Below, one piece after another: positions 19,057 through 30,692 of a DNA stretch of 64,000 nucleotides (the first letter of the stretch is position 1; the number at the start of each line of letters is the position of its first letter). A program made the position numbers and the translations under genes. Source of the stretch: Microcoleus sp. (GTDB lineage: Bacteria > Cyanobacteriota > Cyanobacteriia > Cyanobacteriales > Microcoleaceae); the NCBI GenBank assembly GCA_052279835.1, contig CP181291.1, forward strand, positions 6,176,001-6,240,000. The letters run 5' to 3'. Below the pieces are notes generated by a model that saw only the letters and a program-made list of their open reading frames with translations, had not been told where the DNA came from and did not search any database.

Positions 19057-19986
19057 ATGCTAGCCGATAACCGTTCCGAAATCCGTAAGGTATTAATCAT
19101 TACGTTATTGCTAAATATACTGGTGATGGCAATTAAAGCCGTCGTGGGTTGGTTGACAGGTTCTCTTAGTTTGTTAGCAGATGCCTTGCACAGTGTCACA
19201 GACAGCGCTAATAATATTTTAGGACTGGTGACTAATCATTATGCCAATCCCCAACCCGATCGCGATCATCCCTACGGACATCAGAAATTTGACGCACTCG
19301 GCGCTCTGGGAATAGCAGTTTTTTTGGGGATTGCTTGTTTTGAAATTCTCAGCGGCGCGGTGCAAAGGTTGCTATATGGTGGCAAACTTGTCAAAATATC
19401 CCCCAACGAACTATGGATCTTGCTGATTGTACTAGGAATCAATATTTTTGTTACTTTTTATGAGCGCCGAGTTGGAAAACGCCTTGGTAGTGCTATTTTA
19501 GTGGCAGATGCTCAACACACGATGAGTGATGTTTGGGTAACAATTATGGTAATTGCTGGGTTGATTGGTGTGTGGCAAGGGGAAGTTTGGAATATACCTC
19601 AACTGCAATCCTTAGATGTGTTTTTGTCTTTTCCTGTGGCTCTGTTGGTGTTTCACAGCGGTTGGAAGGTGTTAACAGAAAATCTACCTTGGTTGGTGGA
19701 TGAAATGGCGATCGCACCGGAAATTATTCACGATATCGCCATGGATGTACCCGGAGTTGTCAACTGTCACTCGATCGCCTCTCGTGGCGTGGTGGGACGT
19801 CAAGTGTTTATTGATATGCACATGATTGTGGATGCGGCTGATGTAGAAACTGCTCACCGGATTACAGAAGAAGTAGAAGCCCATTTGGAAGAACGTTTCA
19901 GTCCTGTACGCATCTTAATTCACGTTGAGCCACCGGCTTATCAGTCCGATCGAATTAGCTATGATTCTGAAAACAGAAGTCATTAG
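19057..19986 (+). CDS. Cation diffusion facilitator transporter
   Basis: ADALHSVTD, HPYGHQK and DAQHTMSD motifs, six TM helices and a C-terminal IHVEP. Start set at the ATG after AGGAG. Confidence 0.93.
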   Translation: MLADNRSEIRKVLIITLLLNILVMAIKAVVGWLTGSLSLLADALHSVTDSANNILGLVTNHYANPQPDRDHPYGHQKFDALGALGIAVFLGIACFEILSGAVQRLLYGGKLVKISPNELWILLIVLGINIFVTFYERRVGKRLGSAILVADAQHTMSDVWVTIMVIAGLIGVWQGEVWNIPQLQSLDVFLSFPVALLVFHSGWKVLTENLPWLVDEMAIAPEIIHDIAMDVPGVVNCHSIASRGVVGRQVFIDMHMIVDAADVETAHRITEEVEAHLEERFSPVRILIHVEPPAYQSDRISYDSENRSH

Positions 19987-20055
19987 TCATTAGTCATTAG
20001 TCAGGGGTCATTCGTCATTAGTTATTAATCCTGTCAGAGGAGGAGGAAGGTATTT

Positions 20056-20883
20056 TTGCCCATCGCAATTCCTCCAATTTTTGACATGAAATGTAGCCAG
20101 CCATGCTACGATGTGATAAAACTCCAGATGCAGAACAGACTCGATACACAACCATCGAGGCTAAAAAATATCAGAGTCACCCCTGTACAACCAAATCCAT
20201 TGCCAGTAATGAGTCCTGAGAATACCTTACACGACGTATCCACTGATGTAGATGCCCAATCTACAAGTGCAGCAGACAGCCAGTCTCCTGAACATCATCC
20301 TGAATCACTCCAACCAGAACTTCAGGAAGAATCTCAGACAGAATCTGGGCCAGATGCTCAGACAGAATCTCAGACAGAATCTCAGACAGAATCTCAGACA
20401 GAATCTCACGCAGAAATTCAGACAGAATCTCCGACAGATGCTCCTTCAGAAATTCAACCAGAGTCTGGGTCAGAATCTCACTCAGAAATTCAGCCAGAAT
20501 CTGGATCGGAATCTCCACAAATTCAAGCAGAAAAAGTAAGCAAGCCTACTCCAAAACCAATCAAGAAATCTGATTTGGCCTATCAGCAAAAAACTCAACA
20601 AGATGCTCCTCAAGCAAAAACAGAAGGGGAAAGCAAGCCTACTCCCAAGCCGATCAAAAAAAGTGATTTGCCACCTCCACCTGCTTCAGAACCTCAGCTA
20701 GAGGCTGCCACAGAGCAAGCAGCACCAGCAGAAATCCCGTCTACTCCAAAAGCGAAGAAAATAATTGGAGGAGTGTCTAAATCGGCATCTCAGAGAAAAC
20801 CTTCTAGAGATGGAGCCGAAAGTGGCGGTGGCTTCAATCTGGCGACTCAAAGACCGCCGAAAGCACCAAAATCTAATTCTTGA
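20056..20883 (+). CDS. Low-complexity disordered hypothetical protein (start uncertain, possibly 20209)
   Basis: QTES tandem repeats and a duplicated SKPTPKPIKKSDL segment. Confidence 0.6.
   Translation: MPIAIPPIFDMKCSQPCYDVIKLQMQNRLDTQPSRLKNIRVTPVQPNPLPVMSPENTLHDVSTDVDAQSTSAADSQSPEHHPESLQPELQEESQTESGPDAQTESQTESQTESQTESHAEIQTESPTDAPSEIQPESGSESHSEIQPESGSESPQIQAEKVSKPTPKPIKKSDLAYQQKTQQDAPQAKTEGESKPTPKPIKKSDLPPPPASEPQLEAATEQAAPAEIPSTPKAKKIIGGVSKSASQRKPSRDGAESGGGFNLATQRPPKAPKSNS
20329..20520 (+). repeat. 12-bp coding tandem repeat (CAGACAGAATCT)
   Basis: About four perfect copies at 20359-20406 plus degenerate copies on both sides. Confidence 0.85.
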
Positions 20884-21114
20884 AGCAGGACTATCGACTC
20901 TTATAATTAAAAGATGCGATCGCTCTCGATCGCACTTTAAAAAAATTACCATCAAAATTTACTCGCAATCAAAGGTTTTAGACAATTCAAGAATTAGACA
21001 AACCTTACCCGGTCCATCGAGCTAATTGCATGATTTGTGATTGATGATGATTGCCAGAAACCGGGTTTTTAAGATTGATAGTACATCGAGGAATGTACCT
21101 GCTTCGGTTCTCAA

Positions 21115-21882
21115 CTACAGTTCATCAGGATCGATCCCCATCGCCCTTAATCTCTCAGCTAAACGCTCTGCTCGTTGCTGTGCAAGTTCTGCTTGTTCCT
21201 GAGCGAGTTCTTTTTGCTGGCGTTGCTGCTCGGTGGGAGTGGGAACCCAAAGGCCATTAACATCATACCAGCGCAACCACGATCGCTCCAAACCTTCAAA
21301 AGCACCTTGCCAAATTCCTAAACCCAATTCAATTTCCGGCATCCAAACCCGTGGTTCTGCTAAGATTAACTCTTCATAGCGATCGCCCGTTAAGACAAAA
21401 GCCCGAAGATGATTAGTTGCCCCATCAAACACGATATAGTAAGGAACCGTGAGAATCTGTTCGTAAACTTGCCATTTAGTCGGAGGTTGACCAAGCCCTC
21501 TGACTGTTTGTCCTAAATCTTCATTTTCCGTTCCTGGCGACACCAGTTCCACAACTACAAATGGACTAACTTCTTCCTGCCAAATAACATAGGATTTCCG
21601 CAATTCTTGCTTTTGGTAAAGCCTGTCAACCCCAACCACACCAAACCAATCAGGTCTTTTGTACCACTGAGTGTGACGGACATCAAAATATAGATTTAAG
21701 TCACTGGCAACAAATACCAGTTCGATGGGATAATTAGCTGGGCGAAAAGTATATTCTAAGCAACGAGATTGCCAAAGATGATATAAATCGGGCAAACCAG
21801 AATCCTCCGGGTGTTCGCTGTTGAGATCGTACATCGTTGGCAGTAGGTTTTTCGGAGTTGGGGACTGTTCGGTTTGATACAT
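21115..21882 (-). CDS. Uma2 family endonuclease-fold protein
   Basis: LPTMYDL, RPDWFGV, RKSYVIWQE, VVELVSP and WLRWYD motifs with a coiled-coil tail. Confidence 0.92.
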   Translation of the reverse strand: MYQTEQSPTPKNLLPTMYDLNSEHPEDSGLPDLYHLWQSRCLEYTFRPANYPIELVFVASDLNLYFDVRHTQWYKRPDWFGVVGVDRLYQKQELRKSYVIWQEEVSPFVVVELVSPGTENEDLGQTVRGLGQPPTKWQVYEQILTVPYYIVFDGATNHLRAFVLTGDRYEELILAEPRVWMPEIELGLGIWQGAFEGLERSWLRWYDVNGLWVPTPTEQQRQQKELAQEQAELAQQRAERLAERLRAMGIDPDEL

Positions 21883-22100
21883 AGTTGCTCACCTCCTAGC
21901 TGCTGATAGAAAAGATGCGAATTCACCTTTAGATTAACCGATCGTAGAAGGGGCGATCGCACACACTTGATAAGTAAATCCACTTAATTAAACGTAAAAT
22001 ACGGATGACCGAAAAGCTGACTGCATAAGTCTTCTTCTCATCGATCTTCTTCCTTCTACTTATCTTAGATATTTTAACCGCAGATATCAACCCATGAACA

Positions 22101-22138
22101 CAAATAAACGCAGATAAAATTCCATCTGCGTTTATTTG
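22101..22138. terminator. Inverted repeat downstream of guaA
   Basis: CAAATAAACGCAGAT-loop-ATCTGCGTTTATTTG. Confidence 0.55.
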
Positions 22139-22160
22139 TATTAAAATAATCTTGTATTTA

Positions 22161-23774
22161 TCACTCCCACTCGATGGTTCCAGGGGGCTTAGAAGTAATG
22201 TCGTAAACCACGCGGTTCACCCCTTTAACTTCATTCACAATCCGATTTGAGATTAATTCCAACAAATCGTAAGGAACTCGCGCCCAATCGGCCGTCATCC
22301 CATCTTCACTGGTAATAAACCGCAAGACAATTGGGTAAGCATAGGTGCGTTGGTCTCCCATCACCCCTACACTGCGAATGGGAAGCAAAACTGCAAAAGC
22401 TTGCCAAAGTTCGTTGTACAATCCGTGTCGATTAATTTCTTGGCGCACCACCAAGTCAGCATCCCGCAAAATATTTAATCTTTCGGCGGTAACTTCTCCC
22501 AGAATCCGAATCGCTAATCCCGGCCCTGGGAAAGGTTGTCGGTTGACTATTTCTTCTGGAAGCCCGATCGATCGGCCGACTTTTCGCACTTCATCCTTGA
22601 ACAATTTTCGCAGCGGTTCAATCAGCTTAAAGCACAAATCTTTAGGTAGCCCGCCGACGTTGTGATGGCTTTTAATTTTCACCGCAACTCGTTCGCCACT
22701 TTTGGGATCTACGTTAGTGTCAGCCGATTCAATCACATCTGGGTAAAGAGTACCTTGGGCGAGGTAATCGAAGGGTCCAAGACGTTTCGATTCTGCTTCA
22801 AATACGCTGATAAATTCGTGACCAATCCGCTTGCGTTTTACTTCCGGATCGGTAACACCTTCAAGTTGAGCTAAAAAGCGTTCGCGAGCATTAACATACT
22901 CAACATCAATGTGGAATTGCTCTTTAAATAATTTCACCAACCGTTCCGGTTCATACTTCCGCATAAACCCTTGGTCGATAAACATACAGGTAAGTCGATC
23001 GCCGATCGCCCTATGCAGCAAAAAAGCCAAAGTTGAAGAATCAACCCCGCCGGATAGAGCCAATAATACTCGTTTGTCTCCGACTCTGGCTCTAATTTCA
23101 CGAATCGATTCCTCGACAAAAGTAGCTGTCGTCCAAGTCGGTTCGCACTCGCAAATATGATAAACAAAATTACGAATTAAAGCTTGTCCACCGATGGAAT
23201 GAACTACTTCTGGATGAAACTGAACTCCGTACAAATTTTTGTCGTGATTAGCAATTGCAGCACAGGAAGTATTTTCCGTGTGAGCTAGAATCGCAAAACC
23301 TTCTGGCAATTCGGTACAAGAATCTCCATGGCTCATCCACATGGTGCTACCATCTTCGACATTAGTCAACAAATCGGTAGGGTCGTCAATAGATAGGGAT
23401 GCCTTGCCATATTCGGCTAACTTAGCGCGATCGACTACCCCTCCTAGTTGCTTGACCATCAACTGCATCCCGTAGCAAACACCCAACACGGGTATTCCTA
23501 AATGCCAAATTTCCGGGTCACATTGGGGAGCTCTTTCGTCATATACAGAACTCGGCCCACCTGAAAGAATAATTCCTTTAGGAGCGATCGCTGCTAACTG
23601 TTGGGCAGTAGTGCGGTAAGAAATAACTTCTGAATATACTTGAGTTTCGCGAATGCGGCGAGCAATCAGTTCGGAATATTGGGAACCGAAGTCGAGAATC
23701 ACTATCTTCTGGCGATCGATCTGCCCCAGAGAAGAGTTGCTTAGGGCGGATTCAGTTTCTATTTGAGTAGTCAC
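22161..23774 (-). CDS. guaA: GMP synthase (glutamine-hydrolysing)
   Basis: [35 protein letters not shown] and KPPGTIEWE. Confidence 0.98.
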   Translation of the reverse strand: MTTQIETESALSNSSLGQIDRQKIVILDFGSQYSELIARRIRETQVYSEVISYRTTAQQLAAIAPKGIILSGGPSSVYDERAPQCDPEIWHLGIPVLGVCYGMQLMVKQLGGVVDRAKLAEYGKASLSIDDPTDLLTNVEDGSTMWMSHGDSCTELPEGFAILAHTENTSCAAIANHDKNLYGVQFHPEVVHSIGGQALIRNFVYHICECEPTWTTATFVEESIREIRARVGDKRVLLALSGGVDSSTLAFLLHRAIGDRLTCMFIDQGFMRKYEPERLVKLFKEQFHIDVEYVNARERFLAQLEGVTDPEVKRKRIGHEFISVFEAESKRLGPFDYLAQGTLYPDVIESADTNVDPKSGERVAVKIKSHHNVGGLPKDLCFKLIEPLRKLFKDEVRKVGRSIGLPEEIVNRQPFPGPGLAIRILGEVTAERLNILRDADLVVRQEINRHGLYNELWQAFAVLLPIRSVGVMGDQRTYAYPIVLRFITSEDGMTADWARVPYDLLELISNRIVNEVKGVNRVVYDITSKPPGTIEWE

Positions 23775-23938
23775 GGTTAGTGGGTAATTGCTAATTGCTA
23801 ATGGGTAGAACCTAGAACCGAGATTATTCGTCTGAAATAAACCTAGGTAATTAAGGTCTAGGGAGTTGGAATTAAGACTTAATTAAGTATTATCCCCGAT
23901 CGATCTTGGAGCAAGAGTTACGGGATATTCACACCACA

Positions 23939-25078
23939 TTAACAAATTTGTGTCAAAAATGTATCTCCTAGTTCACTTTTAACAATAATTTTGCGATCGC
24001 GCCCGAACATCACTGAGCCCACGGGCACACGCTGCCCGCTGTGAGTAAACACGCAATCCGATGAGCGCAAGTCTATCTGTTGAGCGATGTCGCCGTAAAT
24101 GCGATCGACCCAATTGCTGTGATTCTCCGCATCAAAAACCCGCAGTTGCTCCAGAGCATCTTCCGCCGTAGCAGCCTCAAAAATCGAGGAACACACATCA
24201 GCAGGCATTCCGGCCCGCGCACAAAAAGCTGTCAGAATTTCGCGCCGCCCATCGGCGAGGTGGTGGTGAGTGTGAAAAATCCCCGCCGCCAATTTCATTA
24301 ACTTTCCGTGATAGCCAAACAGCAGAATCGACTTCACACCCTGAAATCCAGCCTCTGCGAGTAAAGGACCGAGCCAATTAGCGGTTTTGACCAGCCGCTG
24401 CGGGTCGATGCCCAGTTGTCGAGCCAAATCCAAGCCATTTTCGCCGATGCAAAACACCAAACAATCAAATAGCTGGGCTTTTTGTTGTAGTTGTTCGCGG
24501 TAAATTTCCAACTGTCCGGGGGCGCTCAAGGGTTGAGAAATGCCCGTTGTACCCAGCAGCGACAGCCCTTCTACGACACCGAAAGCTTCGTTGGAAGTAC
24601 GGGTTGCCAGTTGGCGACCTGATGGCAGAATCAAGGTGACAGTAATTTTTTCTCCGGTTTGGAGTTCTCGGCTGAGATTCACGCGCAACAGCCGCTGGGC
24701 ATAATCGTAGATTGCCGCTCCTCCACCGATTTTGTGATGTCCAATTCCCTCGCCCCCAACAATCAGTATTTGTTCTTGTGCTTCCTCAATTTCTCCCTCG
24801 GACACTCTCCGTAATTCCACCATTGCCCAAACTGGGGTATGGCGAGTCAGATCTAGGTTGTCACCAGGCTCGGAGCGAGTCACAGCTAAAGCTGTGTCAG
24901 TTTTTATTACAGATACTTGTTCGATGGGTACTGATGCGGTTATTATGGGTTCTAGTAAATCTACTGAGACGCTATCTACAGATTGAATACCTCTACGCAA
25001 ACAGCGCAGGGCGGCTAGTGCGGCCGCACAGGCAAATACTGGGAGTGTATACCCGGAACGAGGTTGAGTTTTGGTCAT
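23939..25078 (-). CDS. cbiD: Cobalt-precorrin-5B C1-methyltransferase
   Basis: RSGYTLPVFA, PGDNLDLT, GLSLLGTTG, GYHGKLMKLAAGIFHTH and DGR motifs. Confidence 0.93.
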   Translation of the reverse strand: MTKTQPRSGYTLPVFACAAALAALRCLRRGIQSVDSVSVDLLEPIITASVPIEQVSVIKTDTALAVTRSEPGDNLDLTRHTPVWAMVELRRVSEGEIEEAQEQILIVGGEGIGHHKIGGGAAIYDYAQRLLRVNLSRELQTGEKITVTLILPSGRQLATRTSNEAFGVVEGLSLLGTTGISQPLSAPGQLEIYREQLQQKAQLFDCLVFCIGENGLDLARQLGIDPQRLVKTANWLGPLLAEAGFQGVKSILLFGYHGKLMKLAAGIFHTHHHLADGRREILTAFCARAGMPADVCSSIFEAATAEDALEQLRVFDAENHSNWVDRIYGDIAQQIDLRSSDCVFTHSGQRVPVGSVMFGRDRKIIVKSELGDTFLTQIC

Positions 25079-25248
25079 GATGGATTGTTGATATCTGTAA
25101 ATTTAATGATGAGAGCAGGACACCGCTCAAATATTTAAGCCTAGTTAGCGATCGAGTTGGCTGTCAATCGCAGTTAGCGTCATTTTTGTCAATTGTTTTT
25201 TTTTGTTTACGAGTTGCGATCGAGATAATACTTTTTTGAGATTCGATC

Positions 25249-25665
25249 ATGAATAAAGCCACTACTATCATGCCGTCAGTTGTGTTTTGTTGCACAGACA
25301 CAACATCATCATCTAATACGATTGTTTTGCAACCCTTGGGTTGTCTCGGTGGACTCGCTGTTCTCGATTTCCAAGCGAACTTGGAACAAGCTCTGGAAAC
25401 CGCAGCCTTGGGAGTTGTGGTGGATTTCCAACAAGTCGAGGCCTTAGCCCTAGAGGGAATTAACGCACTGGTAATCGGGCTAGAGTTAGCCGCCATACTC
25501 GGTAAGTCGATCGTTTTTCAATCTATGGATTTAGCTAGTCGTAAAAGTTTCATAGTGGAGTGGAGTCGATCGCGGGAAATTTGTTTTGGGCCTTGGGGCG
25601 ACTTGTTTGAGGGCGAACTAGAAAAATTTTTTGGTGTCGAAACTGTGCGATCGCAGCCTTGTTAA
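25249..25665 (+). CDS. STAS domain / anti-sigma factor antagonist-like protein
   Basis: VLQPLGCL...FQ..LEQAL...VVVDFQQVE....GI.ALV pattern. The usual phospho-Ser motif is degenerate. Confidence 0.7.
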   Translation: MNKATTIMPSVVFCCTDTTSSSNTIVLQPLGCLGGLAVLDFQANLEQALETAALGVVVDFQQVEALALEGINALVIGLELAAILGKSIVFQSMDLASRKSFIVEWSRSREICFGPWGDLFEGELEKFFGVETVRSQPC

Positions 25666-26061
25666 GCCCGACTACCTACTTTTTGCAAAATCCCTAAACT
25701 TAGATATTCCAAACGGTCGATGCTAAGGGCGATCGCTTGTCATCTATAATAATCAAAATTACCCGGACTTGCCAGTCCTACTTTTAGACTAACATCTTGT
25801 AGGTAGGACTGGTTTTATATGACTAGATAGGAAAAGGAAGAAGGAAGAAGTCACCCCCCGAAATGGGTAAATTCAGGAAGAAGGAAAAAGAAACCTCCCT
25901 TGAGAAAAAAGAAGAAATAACCAGAGAAATTCAGGCATAATCAAAGCTTAAGTGATTCAGAATATCCTCGTACTCTTGGCCGTTACTATTCTAGATCAGC
26001 TAGATGTATCCCTGGGCTTGTTCAAATTTTCCAACTCAAATCTCAAATCTCAAATTGATTT

Positions 26062-27495
26062 ATGGTTGAACCAGTTGCAGAGTTAAATGAAGTCCGATTT
26101 CTTCAGACCCCAGACCTACTAAAAAAAACCAGCTCTCAGTTAGTCATATCTCCACAAACAGCTCTCAAAATTTCCAAACAAGACATTCGTTCGACTCTGA
26201 AAGCATCAACTCTAGACGGCGTTTTTGCCAGTGTCTTCGAGTCCGCCACCAGCGGCGTAATTCTCAGCAATTTCTTGCTCCAACTAGGTGCTACCAGTGT
26301 TGAAATAGGCATATTATCTGCAATTCCGATGGTGGTGAATCTGCTGCAACCATTAGGGGCCTACATTGCCGATCGCACAACCAGTCGCCATTGGTACAAC
26401 CTGTTCATATTCGGGGTTTCGCGGCTGCTGTGGCTGGTGCTAGTCGTGGAAATTGTCTGGGGGAGACAAAACACCGACTCCCACCTGCTACTGGAATGGA
26501 CACTAGCAACTGCCTTGGCTGCTAGTTTACTGGCAGCTTTTGCCCATTCTAACTGGTTTAGTTGGATGGCCGTCGTGGTGCCTCACCGTTTGCGCGGACG
26601 CTATTTTGGCTTTCGCAACAGCGCTGTCAGCCTCATCGCTTTGCTGGGAGTCCCACTGATGGGATTGGCAGTTTCAACTTGGGGGACAGATCCGATTTTT
26701 GGCTACGGTATCGTCTTATTTTTGGGAGTGTTGGCGGGACTGATTAGTTTGGGGTTTCAATTCTTGATGGTGGATGTGAATCCGCAAGTTTATGGAACCG
26801 ATGAAGATGGGGAGCAATTCACGGAAAAATTAGGTCAAAACCAGACTAATTTTTTGACTGCGCTGCTGAAAGATTATAACTTTTTAATATTTTTATTTTA
26901 CTTAATTTTATGGACATTTGCCGTTAATTTAAGTGCGCCTTTTTTTAATATCTACTTGCTGCAACAATTAAATTTGGATGTGAGTTTAGTGACTATTTAT
27001 AACAGCTTGAGTGCCGGGGCAAATCTGCTGCTGCTGCTGTTTTGGGGCAAATTAGCCGATCGCTGGGGAAATCGCCCGCTGCTAATTGTGGTTGGGTTAT
27101 TAGTGGCAATCACACCTGTGCTGTGGTTGGTAACAGGCAATTACCCCATGGCACTTTGGGTATGGCTACCACTACTACATTTACTGGGAGGAACGACTTT
27201 AGGAGCGATGGAACTTTGTACTAAAAATATTCAAATGGAAATAGCACCAATTAAACAACCTTCGACTTATTTTGCGATCGCGGCGGCGGTTGCGGGAGTG
27301 GCGGGGGCTTGTGGAGCTACCGCCGGTGGCTTTCTAGCCGAAGCACCGACGATGAGTTTAGGGGGATTGTTTGCCCTGTCGGCTGGTTTACGGCTGATTG
27401 CGCTTCTGCCTTTGGTTTTGGTGCGAGAACCTCGTAGTCTATCGTTGCGCGAGATCCTACCGGGTTTTTTACTTTTCCAGTTTAACCGGGGCTAG
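26062..27495 (+). CDS. MFS transporter
   Basis: About 12 TM helices, RGRYFG and WGKLADRWGNR motif A. Confidence 0.9.
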   Translation: MVEPVAELNEVRFLQTPDLLKKTSSQLVISPQTALKISKQDIRSTLKASTLDGVFASVFESATSGVILSNFLLQLGATSVEIGILSAIPMVVNLLQPLGAYIADRTTSRHWYNLFIFGVSRLLWLVLVVEIVWGRQNTDSHLLLEWTLATALAASLLAAFAHSNWFSWMAVVVPHRLRGRYFGFRNSAVSLIALLGVPLMGLAVSTWGTDPIFGYGIVLFLGVLAGLISLGFQFLMVDVNPQVYGTDEDGEQFTEKLGQNQTNFLTALLKDYNFLIFLFYLILWTFAVNLSAPFFNIYLLQQLNLDVSLVTIYNSLSAGANLLLLLFWGKLADRWGNRPLLIVVGLLVAITPVLWLVTGNYPMALWVWLPLLHLLGGTTLGAMELCTKNIQMEIAPIKQPSTYFAIAAAVAGVAGACGATAGGFLAEAPTMSLGGLFALSAGLRLIALLPLVLVREPRSLSLREILPGFLLFQFNRG

Positions 27496-27748
27496 AAAAC
27501 CATCGCCTAAATTTTTTAAATTAACAAATATAAATAAAATTGAAATTTTAATACAACAAACTCAACTAGAGGGTGTTTTGGGATTAACATTCTGAAAATA
27601 GAAATAGCTCCAGATTGCCCAGCCAGCTCCCAATTTAGAATGCGAAATTAGGAGCGATCGCCGTCAGACGATCGAAAAACGGGAATTGTCAATCTCAAGT
27701 AACCAATTACGACAGCTCCCTATCAAATTTAGGATTCAAGGAGAGAAC

Positions 27749-28771
27749 ATGAAACGTCTGATCGTGTGCAGTGATGGAACTTGGCAACAACTAAATAGTA
27801 GTTACCCAAGTAATGTGATTAAGCTTGCCCAGGCAGTGAAACCGAGCGCCAGTGACGGGGTTGGGCAGATCGTGTTTTATGACGAGGGAATTGGAGCCGA
27901 GACTAACAAGCTTATGGGCGGAGCCACGGGACTGGGAATCGATCAAAATATACAAGATGCCTATCGTTTTCTTTGTCTCAACTATGAGCCTGGTGACGAA
28001 ATCTATCTCTTCGGGTTCAGTCGCGGTGCTTACACAGTCAGGAGTCTAGCGGGGATGATCCATTGCTCCGGTCTGCTAGACCGCCCGAATATTACCAGAG
28101 CATCTGAAGCTTACGAGCTTTACCGCAACCGAGGCATTAAACCAAAGGATAAGATAGCAGCCGATTACCGCGAAGATTACGGCGATCGCGTCCCGATTAC
28201 CTTGCTTGGTTGTTTCGACACCGTTGGAGCCCTTGGTATTCCGGTTCTACCCGCCTTCAAGAAGTATGACGAACAGCTCAAGAAAAGGTACAGATTCCAC
28301 GACACCACTTTAAATAAGTCGATTCAGAATGCGTTGCACGCCGTGGCGATCGACGAAGTTCGCGAAATCTTTGATGTTACCCTGATGAAAAAAAATCCTG
28401 ATGCCCCCAACCAGCGGGTTATTCAAGTTTGGTTTCCAGGCGAACATGGCTGCATCGGCGGTGGCACTAAAGAACACAGCGGTTTATCAGATGCCACCTT
28501 ACAGTGGATGTTAGATTCGATCGGTAACCTGGGATTGGGGCTTGAATTCGATCCAAGTGCCATTCCCACAGGTATCAATCCCAATTATGAGATTGATTTT
28601 AAAAACGCTCCAGGGTTCTTCAAATTGGCAGGAGTCAAGTTGCGCGAAGTGGGCGATGCCCTTGAGGATCTTCATGAAAGCACGATCAAGCGTTTGGAAA
28701 ACCGAAAGGACTACCGCCCTAAGAATCTGCAAAAGATTATATCCAAACTAATTGAAAATCCAGAAAAGTGA
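27749..28771 (+). CDS. DUF2235 alpha/beta hydrolase (Tle1-like phospholipase)
   Basis: RLIVCSDGT, SNV, GFSRGA nucleophile elbow, FDTV, AIDE.R and WFPGEHG..GGG. Start set at the ATG after AGGAG. Confidence 0.9.
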   Translation: MKRLIVCSDGTWQQLNSSYPSNVIKLAQAVKPSASDGVGQIVFYDEGIGAETNKLMGGATGLGIDQNIQDAYRFLCLNYEPGDEIYLFGFSRGAYTVRSLAGMIHCSGLLDRPNITRASEAYELYRNRGIKPKDKIAADYREDYGDRVPITLLGCFDTVGALGIPVLPAFKKYDEQLKKRYRFHDTTLNKSIQNALHAVAIDEVREIFDVTLMKKNPDAPNQRVIQVWFPGEHGCIGGGTKEHSGLSDATLQWMLDSIGNLGLGLEFDPSAIPTGINPNYEIDFKNAPGFFKLAGVKLREVGDALEDLHESTIKRLENRKDYRPKNLQKIISKLIENPEK

Positions 28772-28846
28772 TCGAATTTTATCAAGCTCTCAGAACAGAA
28801 CATAAGAAGACGGTCTAATCTACAACAATCGAAAGGAAAAGCAATC

Positions 28847-30493
28847 ATGACAAGAGATACATCTAGAGATGGATTGAGCAACAAAGCTTTAGCATATACG
28901 TTGACTCATTTCAAACCTATTTGGGATTTAGTTCAAAGTTACGAGCCTCTGAAACGTAAACTAAACAAATTTTTTCTCAATAGTATCATTTACAAACTTC
29001 CGACTCGCCCGCTTCCCTATAGCTTAATGGGCTTAGATTCCAAAATTCCAGGGACAGATATTCCCAAGAAAACTGATACCTATATCTCTTGGGATTCACT
29101 TACAGACAAAACTTATACTGGGCGACATTTACCTCCCGACCCGGAATTTAACAAAGAAGGGAATTTACCACCACTGGGCAAAGTAAAGACCTTATTCCAA
29201 AAAAGAGACGGAAAAACCATTTATTCGGAAAAATCGACTCTGCTCTTTCCCTATTGGGTGCAGTGGTTTACTGATAGTTTTCTGCGCATAGATCAGCAAA
29301 ATCGCTTCAAAAATACCTCCAATCATCAGATTGATATGTGTAATGTTTACGGGTTGACCCGCAAACAAACAAATATGCTCAGAGCTTTCAAAAACGGTAA
29401 ATTTAAAACCCAGAAACTCAAGCGCCAAGATGGTCAAGAAGAAGAGTATCCACTCTTTTATTATGCCGATCCTGAAAAGGGTATTGTCGATCCTCAATTT
29501 GAAGGTCTTCATGCACCCCTTAATGATGAGAAAAGACAAAGCCCCGAAAAGAAAGCCAAGCTCTTTGCAATGGGAGTTGAACGGGCAAACGTCCAAATTG
29601 GCTATGTCATGCTCAACACTTTATGTATCAGGGAGCATAATCGAATTTGTGATGTTTTGTCCAAAAGCTATCCAGAATGGGACGATGAGAGGCTCTTCCA
29701 AACCGCGAGAAATATTCTCATGGTGATTGTTCTCAATATCATTATGGAAGAGTACATTTTCCACATTACGCCCTATAATTTTAGGTTCTTTGCCGATCCT
29801 GAAGCTTTTACCAAGGAAAGTTGGTATCGAGAAAATTGGATGGCTATTGAGTTTAGTTTTGTCTATCGCTGGCATAGTGCGCTTCCTGAAAGCTTTACGT
29901 ATGACGGCGAAAAAACATCCATGTACGATTCCCTCTGGAACAATCAGATGATAATCGATAAAGGGTTGGGTGCATTGATGGAAGAAACTTGTTCCCAACC
30001 AGCCACTAGAATTGGTTTGTTTAACACACCTGATTTTCCGATCGCAGGAACACCCTTTACATTTATTGATGCTACCGAACTAGCATCTGTTAAACTCGGA
30101 CGGCAGGCCCAGTTAGCCAGTTATAACGATTACCGCGAAATGTGCGGTTATCCCAGGGTGACTGATTTCAATCAAATTACGGGTGACGAATACGCTCAAC
30201 AGAAATTAAAAGAGTTGTACGGTCATGTTGATAAGATTGAATTCTTTGTCGGATTGTACGCTGAAGATGTCCGGCAAAATTCAGCAATTCCCCCTTTAGT
30301 AGCACGGATAATTGGCATTGATGCTTTCTCCCAAGCTTTAACTAATCCTTTGTTATCGCCTAAAGTCTTCAATAAGGAAACTTTTTCTGAGGTTGGTTGG
30401 GAAATTATCCAAAATACCAAAACAGTCTCTGATTTAGTGAATCGTAATGTTCCTCCAAGCGATCGCAAGTACAAAGTCTCCTTCGATCTTTAA
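28847..30493 (+). CDS. Cyclooxygenase-like heme fatty-acid dioxygenase (peroxidase-cyclooxygenase superfamily)
   Basis: RHLPP, QWFTD, REHNRICD, WDDERLFQTARNI, EF..VYRWH (radical Tyr and proximal His), YNDYR and GLYAE. Confidence 0.9.
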   Translation: MTRDTSRDGLSNKALAYTLTHFKPIWDLVQSYEPLKRKLNKFFLNSIIYKLPTRPLPYSLMGLDSKIPGTDIPKKTDTYISWDSLTDKTYTGRHLPPDPEFNKEGNLPPLGKVKTLFQKRDGKTIYSEKSTLLFPYWVQWFTDSFLRIDQQNRFKNTSNHQIDMCNVYGLTRKQTNMLRAFKNGKFKTQKLKRQDGQEEEYPLFYYADPEKGIVDPQFEGLHAPLNDEKRQSPEKKAKLFAMGVERANVQIGYVMLNTLCIREHNRICDVLSKSYPEWDDERLFQTARNILMVIVLNIIMEEYIFHITPYNFRFFADPEAFTKESWYRENWMAIEFSFVYRWHSALPESFTYDGEKTSMYDSLWNNQMIIDKGLGALMEETCSQPATRIGLFNTPDFPIAGTPFTFIDATELASVKLGRQAQLASYNDYREMCGYPRVTDFNQITGDEYAQQKLKELYGHVDKIEFFVGLYAEDVRQNSAIPPLVARIIGIDAFSQALTNPLLSPKVFNKETFSEVGWEIIQNTKTVSDLVNRNVPPSDRKYKVSFDL

Positions 30494-30692
30494 GTTGTAG
30501 CTGGCAACTAAGACTCAAAGTAGTTGGGGGCACAAAGACACCTGCACCCTCAAAAGTTAGGAAGAAAAAGGCGATCTTTTCGCAAGCCATCGGCTACGGC
30601 AATTCGGGAGCAATTGCACGAGCAGTTATACTGTTTAACAGACGCAACGGTTTGTGTAGAGCCTTTTTTAGCGATTAACCGAAGGTTATGTT

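Noticed and set aside
20252..20539. Alternative-frame ORFs (RQNL and SEIL repeats)
   Set aside because: By-products of the 12-bp tandem repeat, which lacks stops in several frames.
27749..28771. T6SS Tle1 effector
   Set aside because: No vgrG, PAAR or immunity gene is nearby; the context favours lipid metabolism.
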